From NCBI GenBank assembly GCA_951406725.2, contig OX597815.1, positions 97,278,001-97,342,000 of the forward strand: a stretch of DNA of 64,000 bases. The letters are read 5' to 3'. The notes beneath the pieces are model-generated. The model did no database searches and was not told where the DNA came from. It worked only from the letters and a program-made list of their open reading frames with translations. The translations under genes and the position numbers were made by a program. The DNA comes from Octopus vulgaris (Eukaryota). Shown in pieces: positions 14,621-28,400 of the stretch (within the stretch, counting starts at the first letter, position 1; each line of letters starts with the position of its first letter).

Positions 14621-15105
14621 ATACATGTGTGTTTGTATCTGTGAGTTTATGTGAGTGTGCGTACGTACATGGATATACGTATGAATGTGCATATGTATGT
14701 ATTAGTTACCAAGATATACTGCAACAAACTTGCTGAAATGTACTTTTCTAAGTCTAGTAATTGCTAGGCAAACTGCGATAAGATTTAGGTCGAAAGTATC
14801 GAATCAGTATATACATATGGTCGGAAATAGCGGGGGTGGGGAAACAGTTAAACAAAACAATAGATGACAATATACAAGTTGTAACTTTGTTTATTTTCCT
14901 AATGAAAATAAATAAAACGTATATGGGTCAAGACAGAATTTTATTTCCTGCTATACAAATGGCCCACAATTAACATTAATGAGAGGAATGTGTTGGATTA
15001 ATAGGAAGTCAGCCAAAGATTATAAAGCGGAGAACAATTTTAGCTGGAATTGTACCAAAGCTCACTTAATGTTTCAACATTTACAAGTCGATAATATAAA
15101 GAGGA

Positions 15106-15111
15106 GTAGTG

Positions 15112-15172
<61 letters not shown>

Positions 15173-15186
15173 CAGCAGCAGCAGCA
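15106..15186. repeat. (AGC)n/(AGT)n trinucleotide repeat
   Basis: Read directly. Confidence 0.9.
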
Positions 15187-16498
15187 AAATGACATGGCAA
15201 GTGGTTAGCTATATCTAAATATCTGTCGCTGTCCGTGTCCGTTTAAAACACAATTCACAAAATGTTGTTTATTTAGCTGATTGTCGCAGGGTTATATATA
15301 CATATATATATATATTATATTTTCTGAATAAGAATAGCAAAATCAGTACCCACATTGGGATTTAACCTAAGGCATGTTTTATATACTTAACAGAATTTTA
15401 ACTCACGAATCAGTTATGCATCAGAAGACGTAACTCGGACCAGTATATACTTGAGAACAAAATATCTCTAATCAACGTTCACCTATAAAAAAAACAAGAA
15501 AACAAGAAATGAAACAAAATTCTTATTGATGACATATTCAAACATAGTCTATTTCAGTAACCTTCTTTTCTACCACTGTCTTCTCAGTATGCGATATTTT
15601 GAGAAACAAAATTGCTTGTTCTAAACGCATAAAAAAGATTTTAAAAGTACTTTACCATCTGATAACGTGTGTGAAATGTTTTATAAAGAATGGTTTTCAA
15701 TACAATTTTTAAATCATCCGAGTAAATGCACTAAACTTGTATAAAATATGTTGTGAAAACGTGACGTTGAATAGACATTAGGTGGAAATTAATAAAGTAT
15801 AAGAGAAGAATCGTATCTCAGATTCGCATATTTGTTGATATAATGAAAGCTCCATGACAGCTGGCAATGCCAGATGACAAATCCAAACATCTTTATAATT
15901 TATGTCCAAACAGCAAGGAATTCTCTTTTTTAATATTCTTCTCTATATACAACAACAATAGATAACACGCACCGTGCACAAAGAGCCGCGCCTACGTACA
16001 CATACACACATGAACAAACTCACACTCTCACACACATATATATACACACGTGGTGACACTTACACTCGCACTCTGACACACATGCGTGCAAAACATACAG
16101 AAGCCGCATTAGCAATAGTTAATTTCCATGATCTGTGTGATCTATACATATAATACTGAAGATATAAAATACCACGTGTTACGCATATGGAAAAGCTAAC
16201 ATATGCGTTCTGCACATAGCAATGGATTTGATTACCGACTAATGCATTTCTACTCGTTTGTCGACATACAATTAAATGTCGATTAGTCTGTATTGGAGAT
16301 ATTAAGAAGTAGTTGTGCTTATATATCCCTAAGTTACATTTTACTCTCGAACACACTGAATAATCGACAAAGTTTAGAACAGAATAAGGTCATTGAAAAA
16401 AAAATTAGCCGGCACTTAATATCAAATAACTTCCGTCATCCTATCGATTCTACAAATATAGACGTGCAGACTAACAGATATATATATATATATATAAA

Positions 16499-17575
16499 AA
16501 CTTAGATATGTTTCGACCAGAGATTGGTCCAGGCCATGTCTAACTTAATAGCACCACCTGATAGGATTATTCGAATCCTGTTTAAGTCAAGTTTTGTTCA
16601 AGTAGTGAGTTCTAGTTGGGTGAGTTGTATCCAGTTTTGTTCAAGTAGTTAGTTCTTGTAGGGTGAGTTGTATCCAATTATGGGTGGCTTATCTGGTATT
16701 CTTCGAAGGAATCTATCCAGACTCTGTTTGAAGTTGATGGGATCCTTTTCCTCTTTGATCTCCCTCGGGACAATGTTAAATAGGGCAGGGCCTGTTGAGG
16801 AAAAGAAATTATGTTGCAGTGAACATGTATGTTGTGATCTTGAATTTGGCAGGGGACGTATAGCCCGTGGTCCAAGTCTTGGATGAACCTTGAAGCTAAT
16901 GTTTAGGTCGTTTGGGCAAAGTTGGCGGTATATTTTCCACATCGTACAAATGATGTACCGCTCACGGCGACGCTGGAGGGAGTAAAGTTTCAAGGCTTTA
17001 AGGCGATCCCAATAATCGAGAGCAGCCATGCCTTCAATTTGTTTAGTGAGAGCCCTCTGGGGTGACTCAATTCTGGAGATGTTTTGTCTTGTGTGAGGAG
17101 ACCACAGTGGGCAGCAGTATTCAAGGTGTGGCCGTACAAGGGAGGAAAAAAGTGGTATGATGACACCTTGTTCTCTGCACCGGAAAGTTCTTAAGATCCA
17201 GGAACTCATCCTACGAGCTATATCGACCTTCTTGTTGATGTGTGCACTCCAACTGAGATCGTCATCAACAATTACACCCATGTCTCTGATATTGTTGGAG
17301 GCTGTGAGCGGTTCCCCTGAAGGAAGAGAGTATGGTTGTTTTAGTGAGGAATTTCTTCCAAAATGCATCGGCTCAAATTTTCCCTCATTCAGTTGCATTT
17401 TGTTTCTGTCTGCCCATTGACTTACATCATATAGATCAGACTGGAGTTGAGTTCGGTCTGCTTCTTCATTGACGATTTGCTGGAGCTTAGTGTCATCAGC
17501 GAATATTTTCACTTTGCAGTGATGTACGACACTGGAAAGGTCGTTTACGTAAATTATGAAGAGTAGCGGACCCAA

Positions 17576-17578
<3 letters not shown>
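16499..17578 (-). mobile_element. 5'-truncated CR1-group LINE (RT C-terminal half plus 3'UTR) inserted in (TA)n
   Basis: ORF 16649-17575: LGPLLFIIYVND..FADDTK, RPHLEYCCPLWSP, LYSLQRRRER; 3' stem-loop at 16515-16529; (TA)n on both flanks. Confidence 0.9.
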
Positions 17579-17630
<52 letters not shown>

Positions 17631-18140
17631 GTTTAATATTTGTTGTGCAAGATTTTTTTATGTGAAGTCGTGTGTTGAAACAGATATTGTTATATTTCGG
17701 AATGGTCATATTGCCAGTTTAGCCAATAAAAACACACGCACTATATATTTGGTGTTATTTTGCTTCAGTGATATTTATTTTTTACATTAATCTTAATCTT
17801 ATTTCGGCCAAAGTTCTTTCGTCACACTCCTGTGACCGCATCAGTGGTCCTTTGTTTTCTTCTCACTTACTTGTGTCTCTCCTTACTAACCGTCAGCCAT
17901 TTTGTATTTCTATTGTATGTCTTCATTTGCGCATGCTTATATCTCTATGTGCGTCTATGTTTATTTAGTGTGTGTGTGGGGGGGATGCCTGTAATATTTG
18001 TATCTTCTGGTTATATACATTCTTGTAATTTGTATTTTGTTTTTGTTGTTGTTGCTTTTGTTCTAATTTTGTTCATGTGTTTACATCCACCCATTATCAT
18101 CATTACATATGCTTGTATGTATGTATAACAACAATATTAT

Positions 18141-18344
18141 ACATATAAAAGCTCATCGATTCTGTACCAACACGCCGAACAAGAACACGGGGGATCAATC
18201 AATAACATAGAGATTAAGATATTGTCCACACATAGAACAGATGCAACAATTAGACAAATTACAGAAGCTACACATATAATAGAAAATAAACCTAGCCTGA
18301 ATAGAAAACTAGAATGGAGCAATAGCGCACACCACAACATATGA
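18141..18344 (+). pseudogene. PLE GIY-YIG endonuclease C-terminal fragment
   Basis: Manual translation: TYKSSSILYQHAEQEHGGSINNIEIKILSTHRTDATIRQITEATHIIENKPSLNRKLEWSNSAHHNI*. The HxxxxH, R..E...I and P.LN..EW pattern is typical of PLE endonuclease ends. It has no start codon, so it is absent from the ORF track. Confidence 0.75.
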
Positions 18345-18855
18345 CAATAGTGGATCCTGCAAACATAATAAATACACAGGTAATTAAAGAAATAGAAATG
18401 AATATCTATATATATGTATATGTGTATATATATGTATATGTATATGTGTATATATGTGTGTATATATGTATATATATATATATGTATATGTATGTGTATG
18501 TATATATATATGTGTATATGTATATTCTTTTTTTTTTTTTTCGATTAGATTTATTATTATTATTACTAATATTGTTGTTATACATACATACAAGCATATG
18601 TAATGATGATAATGGGTGGATGTAAACACATGAACAAAATTAGAACAAAAGCAACAACAACAAAAACAAAATACAAATTACAAGAATGTATATAACCAGA
18701 AGATACAAATATTACAGGCATCCCCCCCACACACACACTAAATAAACATAGACGCACATAGAGATATAAGCATGCGCAAATGAAGACATACAATAGAAAT
18801 ACAAAATGGCTGACGGTTAGTAAGGAGAGACACAAGTAAGTGAGAAGAAAACAAA

Positions 18856-18900
18856 GGACCACTGATGCGGTCACAGGAGTGTGACGAAAGAACTTTGGCC
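18856..18900 (+). ncRNA. Non-canonical minimal hammerhead-like motif (mirror copy at 17806-17850, -)
   Basis: GGACCA-CTGATGC-G-GTCAC(aggagt)GTGAC-GAAA-GAACT-T-TGGCC; stems I and II pair, but A9 is replaced by C. Confidence 0.55.
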
Positions 18901-19020
18901 GAAATAAGATTAAGATTAATGTAAAAAATAAATATCACTGAAGCAAAATAACACCAAATATATAGTGCGTGTGTTTTTATTGGCTAAACTGGCAATATGA
19001 CCATTCCGAAATATAACAAT

Positions 19021-19052
<32 letters not shown>

Positions 19053-19761
19053 GTATGTATTTATGTATGTATGAATATATGTATGCCTGTGTCTGTGGAG
19101 AGAGAGAGGTAGATAGAAAGGAGAAAGAAATAAGTGTGTGTTGTTGCTGCTGTTGTGTTGTTGCTGCTGCACTTACTCTTCCTGCTGTTACAGCTAACAG
19201 GCGGTTACTTCTGCTGTCCTCTGAAACCCAGTTACTTTTAGAAGTAAATGAAATACACCACTGCGAGTTCTTAATCAGACCTCACATTATAAAATATTAA
19301 ATCGTTTTAATGTATTTAAATTTATTTTCCCTTTTATTTTATAACAAAGTTATCATCCTAAACCGACCGAAAACAGTAGTTACTTAATTAAAAACGTAAC
19401 TACTGTCTTGTCCTCTCCATGATAAAGTTGCCAAATTATTTTGTCCATTTTTTATTCTATTTCTACTTCTTTCAGTCTTTAGATTGCGGCCGTGCTACAG
19501 CCGTGCCTTAAGGAATATTTAGTCGTACGAATCTACCAAAGTACTAATTATTTAAGCTTAGTACTTTCTCTATCATTCTCTTAGGCCACACCGCTAGGTT
19601 ACGTAAAGATAAACACATCAACGCCGGTTATCGAGCGGTTATTGCAGGACAACCATGAGCACACACACACTCATATATATTTATATATATGTATGTGTGT
19701 GTGTGTGTATGTGTGTGTGTGCGTAAATATTTGTATATTTATATACACACACACACGTATA

Positions 19762-19981
19762 TACGAGAGGATGCTGAAAAGATCTTGGCTGTAAATATAT
19801 TACGAAAGACGTGGCTGGAAGTCAACTTTCCGGGTTCATTTATAGGGCTTACAAAAACTGAAGGATCGCTGCAATAAGTGTGTGAATCTGAGAGGAGAAT
19901 ATGTTAAATATAATCATAATTGACTTATCCACCTATATTTTCTGTTATCCAAAGCCAGGAACTTTTCAGCACTCCATCGTA
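19762..19981 (+). mobile_element. Mariner MITE
   Basis: TA-flanked TIRs cgagaggatgctgaaaagatcttggct and agccaggaacttttcagcactccatcg; internal GLQKLKDRCNKCVNLRGEYVK* resembles the mariner transposase C-terminus. Confidence 0.85.
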
Positions 19982-22399
19982 TATACGCTCATATAGGAAG
20001 CGTATTAAATAGATTCACCAATTACAATATAACACTTACTATTGCAGTGTTCCGGCATGTGAATTGAAGGCAATTAAATACTTATTTGTGGCACATTTAA
20101 TAATTCTGCAGCTGCTCCCTCAATGGATAATATGATTTCAGTTGTCGCAATAATGTAGTTACTAGCCGTAGGAAATAACATATTGGTGTTTCTTATAACT
20201 TATATCTTGCGGGATTATTTAAGGCTTTAAAGCAAGCATCGTATTTTATTACAATGCAATTTATTTGGACGAGTTCTCTCATTTGTTAGATAGCCTCTTA
20301 AGTTATTTTCAAACATTAATACTTTTTCTCGGCTGTTTTCTTGTTAGTAGTGATATTAGGTATCATTGTCCATCTTGATCGAGCTGACCTTTGATAAAGA
20401 GCATTGAGCAAGGAGCATGATCTCTTTTTTCCTTATTTGCTGAAAACCCCATGACGTTTCCTCTTTATTTCCGTGTCCTTTCATATGACGGTATGAGGAA
20501 ATCCGATATCTTCTAAGTTTAATACTTCCGGTGATCACGTGGAAGATGGCTCGCTGGCTTGTTGAACGGGTTTCTCCCTCTCTTCAGATCGATTTTCCTT
20601 TTTGTGATAGGGGCTTTGTTGATCTTCAGAAAATTAGTGCAAATTACCATGAACTGCATTTTCTTCATCGGTTACACTCTCGAAATCCCAAAATGCATTT
20701 TAATTATAACTATAGTATACATAAATATTAAGCATTTCTCTATAATAAGAATCAAGCAGTTTCATGTTAAATTGCTTTCCATATCCAGTTATAAAGTTAT
20801 AATGCTCTGTACTGTATATTAAAACCTGAAGCTGTCCGCGTTATAGTTGCCATGCCTGCCACAGAAGATCTGTAGAACTCTTGTGATATTTAATTTATGT
20901 TACTTTCGTTTGTTAGATATATCTTCGGAAAAATCTTCGACCTCGATCAAGTAATACAACAATAGACAAGATTAATTTGGTAATTGTTATTTAATTTAAC
21001 ATCTGTAATACAGTAGGGACATAAGTGATACTTATTGCTCGTTTAAAGAAGAGATGATACATAATTTAAGGTTACTGCTATCATATAGTGTGAAATGAGT
21101 AGTGGTCAAGTGACAGCGGCACAGCAATATAACAACACATCGGTGTGCTATCTTGGTTTTCTCACGTACTTCTTTGACAGATATCTGTTATAACTTGGTA
21201 TGCACATGTCAGTGTGTGTTACTTCAAATTACGACGATGCTTCACACGTTCGCGCGCACGTGTATGTTAGTGCGCGCGCGCACGTGTGTGTGTGTAATAA
21301 GATGTAATCACAACTACATGAACTGGGACTTTGCCCTAATGTATGACACCTCAGGAATGTGTCTTCTATTATGTTTGTGAGTGAGTTCGGTAGAAGGAAA
21401 CTCGAATCAGCATGCGTGTCTATGTGTATCTATATATATCTATATGAGTTTCTCTTTGTGTCTGTTTGTCCTTCACTTTAAGAGGTAAGCTCGTTTCTTA
21501 AAATCTTCTTAATTTAGCAGTTAATCAAGAGACCGATATAATATGTACCAGAATTTAGAAATAAGTGCTGCAATAGATTTGCTCGAATAACGTATTCAAG
21601 GCTGTTACTAGCAATGTCACAGTTCAATAGCTGAAACAAGTAAAAAATATATATAAGAATACACACATACACACGCACATAAGCACGCAAACACATATAC
21701 ACATACAAATAGATATTTAAAAATATATATTTCATTTTAGAGATATACATATATACAAATATGTCATATTTGCTTCTATATGTTTCTAAATTATGCACGT
21801 TTCATCCCATATAACTGGAGCTTTCTTTTTATAACATGTGATTTGAAAGATCTATCTATATATATATATATATATATATATCATTTTATATCAAGACGTG
21901 CAAATTTAAATATTAAACAAACCAAAAGGTAAATATTTTTTTCTTCCATAATATTTGACACCACGTACTAAGATTTGGCAGATATAAATTTCAAATGAAT
22001 TATATTAGTGACATATATCTCAGAGAGGTACTGCAGAATGTGGATGAGCGTCATTCAATGACTTAAAAACAGTTGTTGCATACGTCTGTACAAGATCACA
22101 CGAAATGTCTGCTGAAGACATTTATGCAAAGTAATGCTGACTGGAATAGTAACTTGTATCCAAATCGAGATTAGCCTTCCCCAAGCAAGTGAGGATTTTG
22201 CTATGACTTTTTTGTCTGCCCCCATTTTAAACGTAGGTACATTTATCATTATCCGTAAGAAACCAAAATATAATATTTACTTTATCAAGCTTAACAACAG
22301 CCAACTCTTTCTCAGATAGAATCTACCCCTACCATGTATACACTCTATGTTTCTTTTTATCAAGAATATTGCACAGCATGTTCTGCAGTGTAGCCTGTC

Positions 22400-22700
22400 A
22401 TCTCTAATATGAGCAGCAGTTACAACACTCAATCGATAGTTGCTATAAGTAACTATTTATGAACTCCAACAAGTGGAAGTGTATGTCTACAACACAAAAA
22501 TCCTCCTGGTACAAGACAAAAGAATTATGTTACAAGTAGCAAGCTTTCTGAGCATATCATCAATACTCTCCAAACTGCAATTCTGCAGGATGCTGCCCAC
22601 CTTCGAATATGCTAACAGTTATCCAGATGGCAGTCGTCAGTTCACCATATAGTGTATGTTAATGATATTGCCCGTCATCCGAGATTTAGTTTTGTAATTC
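22400..22700 (-). pseudogene. Decayed RTE-like LINE remnant
   Basis: Minus-strand fragments ILQNCSLESIDDMLRK and DDGQYH*HTLYGELTT resemble RTE/BovB C-terminal motifs; boundaries are uncertain. Confidence 0.4.
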
Positions 22701-23679
22701 TCGCCAAACTACTCATGTTCCTCTCCAGAATCCGTAACACTAAAACACTGTAACGGTAAAGCATTCTGTGTAAGAATGTATCCCTAGGTTTTCGAATCCA
22801 CTATCATAATTGTTTGTGGAAGAAATGTTTCCATTCCACGCTTTATTCTCAACTTACCATATATGTCATTTCATTGCAAGAGCCTTCAGTTTCAAATATT
22901 ATGGACATCCTATTAGGTTTAGGAAAGCGAAGTGATGTGTCCATGTTTTTCTTGGGTCAGATACATGTTGCATGCTCATACCTTTCTACAAAGCAGGCCA
23001 TTCTGGAGCGGGAAACCAAAATAACTATTTTGTCTCCATCACAGGCTCTGTTTATTAAAACATATTTATATTAGCGTTTATCTTGATTTATAAATTTACA
23101 ATTTAGAACTAAAAAAAATATAAAAGAAAACGAAAGCAATTCCACAATTAAATAATTAGAATTTTCAATAAACACAAAATCAAAATCATCTAACAAGTGC
23201 AAGCTAGAAAAATTCAACTTAAGACATTTATCTAGATTAAAATAAAAATATTTTTTTAAGTATAATTACATACAAAAAGCACTGCATAAAATAATGCTAT
23301 AAATTATATCGTTTACATTCTTAAAAATACTGCTCTACATATTCTTTGTCATTTGTACATAGCTGCATGCACACATATACACTGACGTACACACGCACAA
23401 ACACACATACACACATACGTGCACATGTATATTTACATAGATAGATGTATAGATATAAATATATATGTATGAATCAGTATATATACATATGTGTGTGTGT
23501 TTGCATATACATGTACGTACATATGTATGTTTGTACATATATTTATATATATATATATTTATATATGTATGCATGCTTGTATGTATGCATGAGTATAATC
23601 ATATATAAACACAGTGTATACATATATATTTGTATGCATATTCATACATATACATGTATACAATGTATATAGATATATA

Positions 23680-24445
23680 TCTCTATATATAAAACTGAAA
23701 TGCGTTTTTACCGCTTGGATCGCTTTCAATGCCACTACATCCCGTGGGCTACCTATCTTAAATCCCTATCTTAAAAGGTGTGGTTGCTAGGGGCCATCTT
23801 CCTCACTCACGCTATTTCCTCCATTCCCCTCTAACTCCCCTTCATATCTAACTTTGACAATTCCACTCCCGTTATTTAATGTATCTGTCTTCCTCAACTC
23901 ACTCTCGCTATTTCCTCTCTTCCCAGCACATTTTCACTCACTCTATTGCTTACCTTCCCATAACATTCACTTATGTATCTGTCTGCATTCATAGAGAGAA
24001 ACAAATATTCCATCGCCATCGCCATCGCATTCTATTGTCTACCTGTCAATGCGCCGATCGTCCAAATACAAACAGAACACACCAAAACACTTTGATCTTC
24101 CAGAGCGTTCGTGTTCTGGTGATAACATAGTTTTTTCGTATCTATTACATTTTAACATTTATTTAGAACCCTGCAAATTTTTCGTGCTAAATTTTCATTT
24201 TTTACTACTTTATTATTTTTTCTTAAATTGATGCTTTTATTAAAATTGATTCTTATTGTCTGGGTCAACAGTTCGTTTTCTCGGAGGATATGGAAATTCT
24301 TATTACCCGTCAGAGAAATAACTCCAGCAGCTCACAACTATTTCAACAAAGACAAGGTTACCTGCTTACCAGTCGAATTCAGCGTCAACGCTCACGTATG
24401 AGAGAGACTCCAACACACATACACACACACACACAGACACACACA

Positions 24446-24476
<31 letters not shown>

Positions 24477-25298
24477 GTAATGTGTGCATTATGTGGTCGG
24501 TTGAGCTGAAAATATGCACACCTATATTAAAAATGCTGGCAAGTTTGCATGACAACTATTTTTTTCCTCAAATGAAAGGCGTGACCTCTAGGACAAAATT
24601 CCTCATCTTATAAAATGTGGCCCCAGTAGACCCGTCGTTAAGAAATGCCAGCCATGGTGACTCTACTATCCTCAAATTCTATCCCTTCAAACTTTGGTTT
24701 CCAATATTTTATTATTTTTATTCAGCTCGCAAGTTTGTCTGTCCCTTTTAAATGTTAGTGTTTTGCTGTCTGCCATGAAGCAGACCTTTCCGTTGGTACT
24801 GCCTGATATTTATGATTGATCTTTCTAAATATTTTATTTCTCAACTTACTCAAGATCATTTGTTGTTTATAAATGGGAGAGAGATAGATAAAGATAGAGA
24901 GTAAGAGAAAGCGAGGGAGAATCCGAGAGAAAGGAAGAGTAACAGAGTGGGAAAGTGAGAGAGAAAGGAGGGAGAATCATCATCATCATCATTATCATCA
25001 TAGTTGAACGTCCGTTTTCCGTGCTAGCACGGGCTGGACAGTTTGACCGGGGTCTGGGAAGCCAGGAGGCTGCACCAGGCTCCAGTCTGATCTGGCAGTG
25101 TTTCTACAGGTGGATGCCCTTCCTAACGCCAACCACTCTGTGAGCGTAGTGGGTGCTTTTTACGTGCCACCAGCACAGAAGCCAGTCAAGGCGGCGTGCA
25201 ATCCACCACGTTCGGGCGCTTTGTACGTGCTGAAAGGAAGCAACAGAAAGTAACAACCACACTCTTTCCCGCGCGTAGAGCGGGCCACCTTCAGCTAG
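23680..25298 (+). mobile_element. Probable non-autonomous Helitron with nested repeats
   Basis: 5' A|TCTCTATATATAAAA; 3' hairpin CCCGC-gcgtaga-GCGGG (25268-25284) followed by CTAG|T; internal QRQRSRMRETP resembles the ETP repeats at Helitron N-termini. Confidence 0.55.
24977..25200 (-). mobile_element. SINE/LINE-tail family C with (ATG)n tail
   Basis: caccaggctccagtctgatctggcagtgtttctacaggtggatgcccttcctaacgccaaccactc is shared with 48948-49130. Confidence 0.8.
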
Positions 25299-25398
25299 TA
25301 TATATATATATATATATATACATATAAATATATGTATATATATTCTCATACATACGTAAATACATACACATACACACACATACATATATATATATATA

Positions 25399-25467
<69 letters not shown>

Positions 25468-28400
25468 CACTCACAGACATATATACGTACGTACATAGAC
25501 ACGCAAGCATACTTACATAAATACATATATACATAACAAATCCAATATAATGCAGGATATATTTTCTTTTTAAATAACTATTTAATTCAATTCTCCCAAA
25601 ATAAAAAAAGAAGAAAAAATTATTTTGCAGCGGATTACTTACTTTGTAAACAGCAAAGTAAATCATATATCAATGTGTTGAGACGGATCAATGTAAACAA
25701 CTTGAAACTTAACACTTTGTAATTTCTGATACACATCGATTATTATAAGATGAAATATATTTAAACTCATGCAGTGATAGAAGCGTTTATATCGGCATTT
25801 ATACAAACATGGATGTACATAGAGACAGAATGTTCATATTATTTACAATTAAATCATATATACACACATATTTACGCGTGTGAGCGTGTATGTGTATAAT
25901 TGTTTGGTACTAGTCGAATAATTTCAAAAGACGTTCAAACACATAAATAATTTTTTTTTTCTCAGCACTTCCTGTTATGTTCTGTTTGAAAATGCCGCCT
26001 TCTCCCACTTTGTCTTTCATCTTTCCAGTAAAAAGTTTTAATTTAATTACTTATCACTAGCTTAAATTGTAGTACTTAACTACATATTACTGACTATATC
26101 ACTGAAAGCATTATCAACCCATGCTACAATATATTGAGTGAAATTAACAACATAACCAAGAAGAATGGTTTAGTTTGCATACTTGTACTGTTGTGGAGTT
26201 AATCTTAACTTGTTTATGTATCTATATATTACTTATCGTATTTATGTATATCAAATATATAGATATTCCTATCTTTTGTTTATTATTCTAAAACTTTAAG
26301 AGATATGGAAGATAATCTACACTTTGATGGGAAGTTCTGCTTTCTTTCAATTCAGTCTTCAAATAAAGATTAAAATCTTCAAATGAAGATTAAAATCAAA
26401 ACAACTACTATGGAGTTTAAAGCGATACTGCTTGCTGTAGGTGTAACATATTTCACTTGCTTAGGTTAGATCTAGGTTGAACGTGTGGACAATGTTTTTA
26501 GGCATTAACTATTCTTTTACATGTATATTCACAATGTTGTTAGTAAACAAAAATGCTGGAACGTTATCTACAGGTGACATCACACACTCCTTACTTTTAC
26601 TGTCATATCCTAACACGTCTTTATAGATAACTGTGAAATCACACTTTGAGAACGTTTCAACGCGAATGAATTGAAACGCGAAAATAAGTCTTTGTGTAAA
26701 CTCTTACCATAACCTGAATGAAGCTCGGCGGCAATTTTTTTCAAAGGTAACAAAGAGTACGGGATTGGAAGGAAATGGATTCTGTGAATCGTATCCTTTA
26801 TTCGTTAAAAGTTAACAGGGAGCGAGAAAAAAGGTGATTCGACTTAAGTGCATGAATAACTAACTTTTTTATATATCTATATGGAGGGAAAATGAAGCTG
26901 ATTAACACCATAGAGATTTGATTTCAAATTTGAAAGATGTAGAAGTAATTCATAAAGAATTTGTCCGACACAGTAATGATTCTCCCTTCCTATCAAAAAT
27001 TGCATGTTACAAAAGTGTTCAAGGTAACTTCTTGACTCAGGATCTTCGCTTGATATAACATACGTAAATGACTCAAGATATCTTGGACAGCTCCTACCTA
27101 CAATTTATTTATCTAAAACATGCACAACTAATGTGAGAAGTGAGTGAGAAGACTTTCAATGTCATCTTATTTACTTTCTGAATATTCAATGGCTTCGTCA
27201 GATGAGACACGCCAAGATACACAATACATTTTAGACTAACTATAAAAATATAGAGTAAGGGAAGTAGTTATACACAAAACGGAGATTCAACCCATATACT
27301 TACAACAGAGTTGATTCTCCAAATCGGAACAAACGGAACGGTGGACGAAGTGCCTTTTCAAAGGAATTCACGCATTCAGTATCTCAATTTAGGGTGTTAA
27401 AGTTTATTCTCAATTCAACCATCACTGAACCAACTTACGCCTAGAGACACAGCAGAGACCATTAACATTTCTTTTATATAAATAACAGTTTTAGTTCGTT
27501 CCATGCATACGCTCGCACGTATAATCATTTCTTTGCTAAAAGAAAGCAATGTGAATTATTAATACGATTCACATATAAATGTAAAGTAAAAGTGCGCTGA
27601 GATAAGAGTAAGTAAATTGGGAAGATATTCTTAAACCTCAGATATGGATTGAACAATAGTTAAAAAAGTGTAAATTGAGTGATAAATTCAAAAAAAGGTT
27701 TTAAAACGGTTGAATGATAAGATCTGTGAGGAAAAGGAAAGGCCCGTCGGTTGCCTGCCATTGAAATTCAACCTGGCATATTTTATTACACAAGTTTCAT
27801 TAATATGCAATTACCGAAACAGGAATGCATTCCCAAATGTGTTCATTGTTTGGTGCCAGCGAAGGAATATCAAAGCTGTAAAATATATTAGCTTCATATT
27901 TTAAAAACGGAAGTCGTTCCCAAATGCAAAGCATTGTCGCCGATTCGGATCTGAAATACGCAGAAATTGGACAGAATTTCTTGCTTCATTTACATTATTC
28001 ATGTTCATCCTAAACAATTTCTCCCATTTTCATTTCGAATCTCACACCATTTACATCGCCTTCACTTGCCCTGAGAGTCTGCTTGTATATCAATCTGACA
28101 GCCTGTATGACTATCTTGTCGTCTAACAGTCTATATATACATGTGTGTAAATTTAACTATATATATATATATATATATTTATTTATATATATATATATAT
28201 ATAGTACACACACAAACACTCACACACACATATGTATATTATATACGCACACATAAATATAAACTCATACGTTTACGTGTATATACATGGGTATATACAG
28301 ATATGTGTATATACATTTGAACTTTGACCTGTCATTGATTAATGCATTAAAATCAAAATCATCTGCATGACATCATTCCAAGGACCAATCTAACTCCACA

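Larger units (their letters stand above)
17630..19022 (+). mobile_element. Penelope-like element 3' fragment with inverted pseudo-LTR
   Basis: 456-bp inverted arms (17684-18139 and 18567-19022) enclosing a GIY-YIG C-terminal coding remnant; a hammerhead-like motif in each arm. Confidence 0.8.

Noticed and set aside
16508-16540. GACCA/TGGTC-GAAAC at the LINE 3' end as a ribozyme
   Set aside because: No CUGANGA core upstream; better explained as the LINE 3' stem-loop.
27160-27208. Minus-strand CTGACGAAGC...GAAA motif
   Set aside because: Stems II and III do not pair convincingly; at best a heavily decayed remnant.
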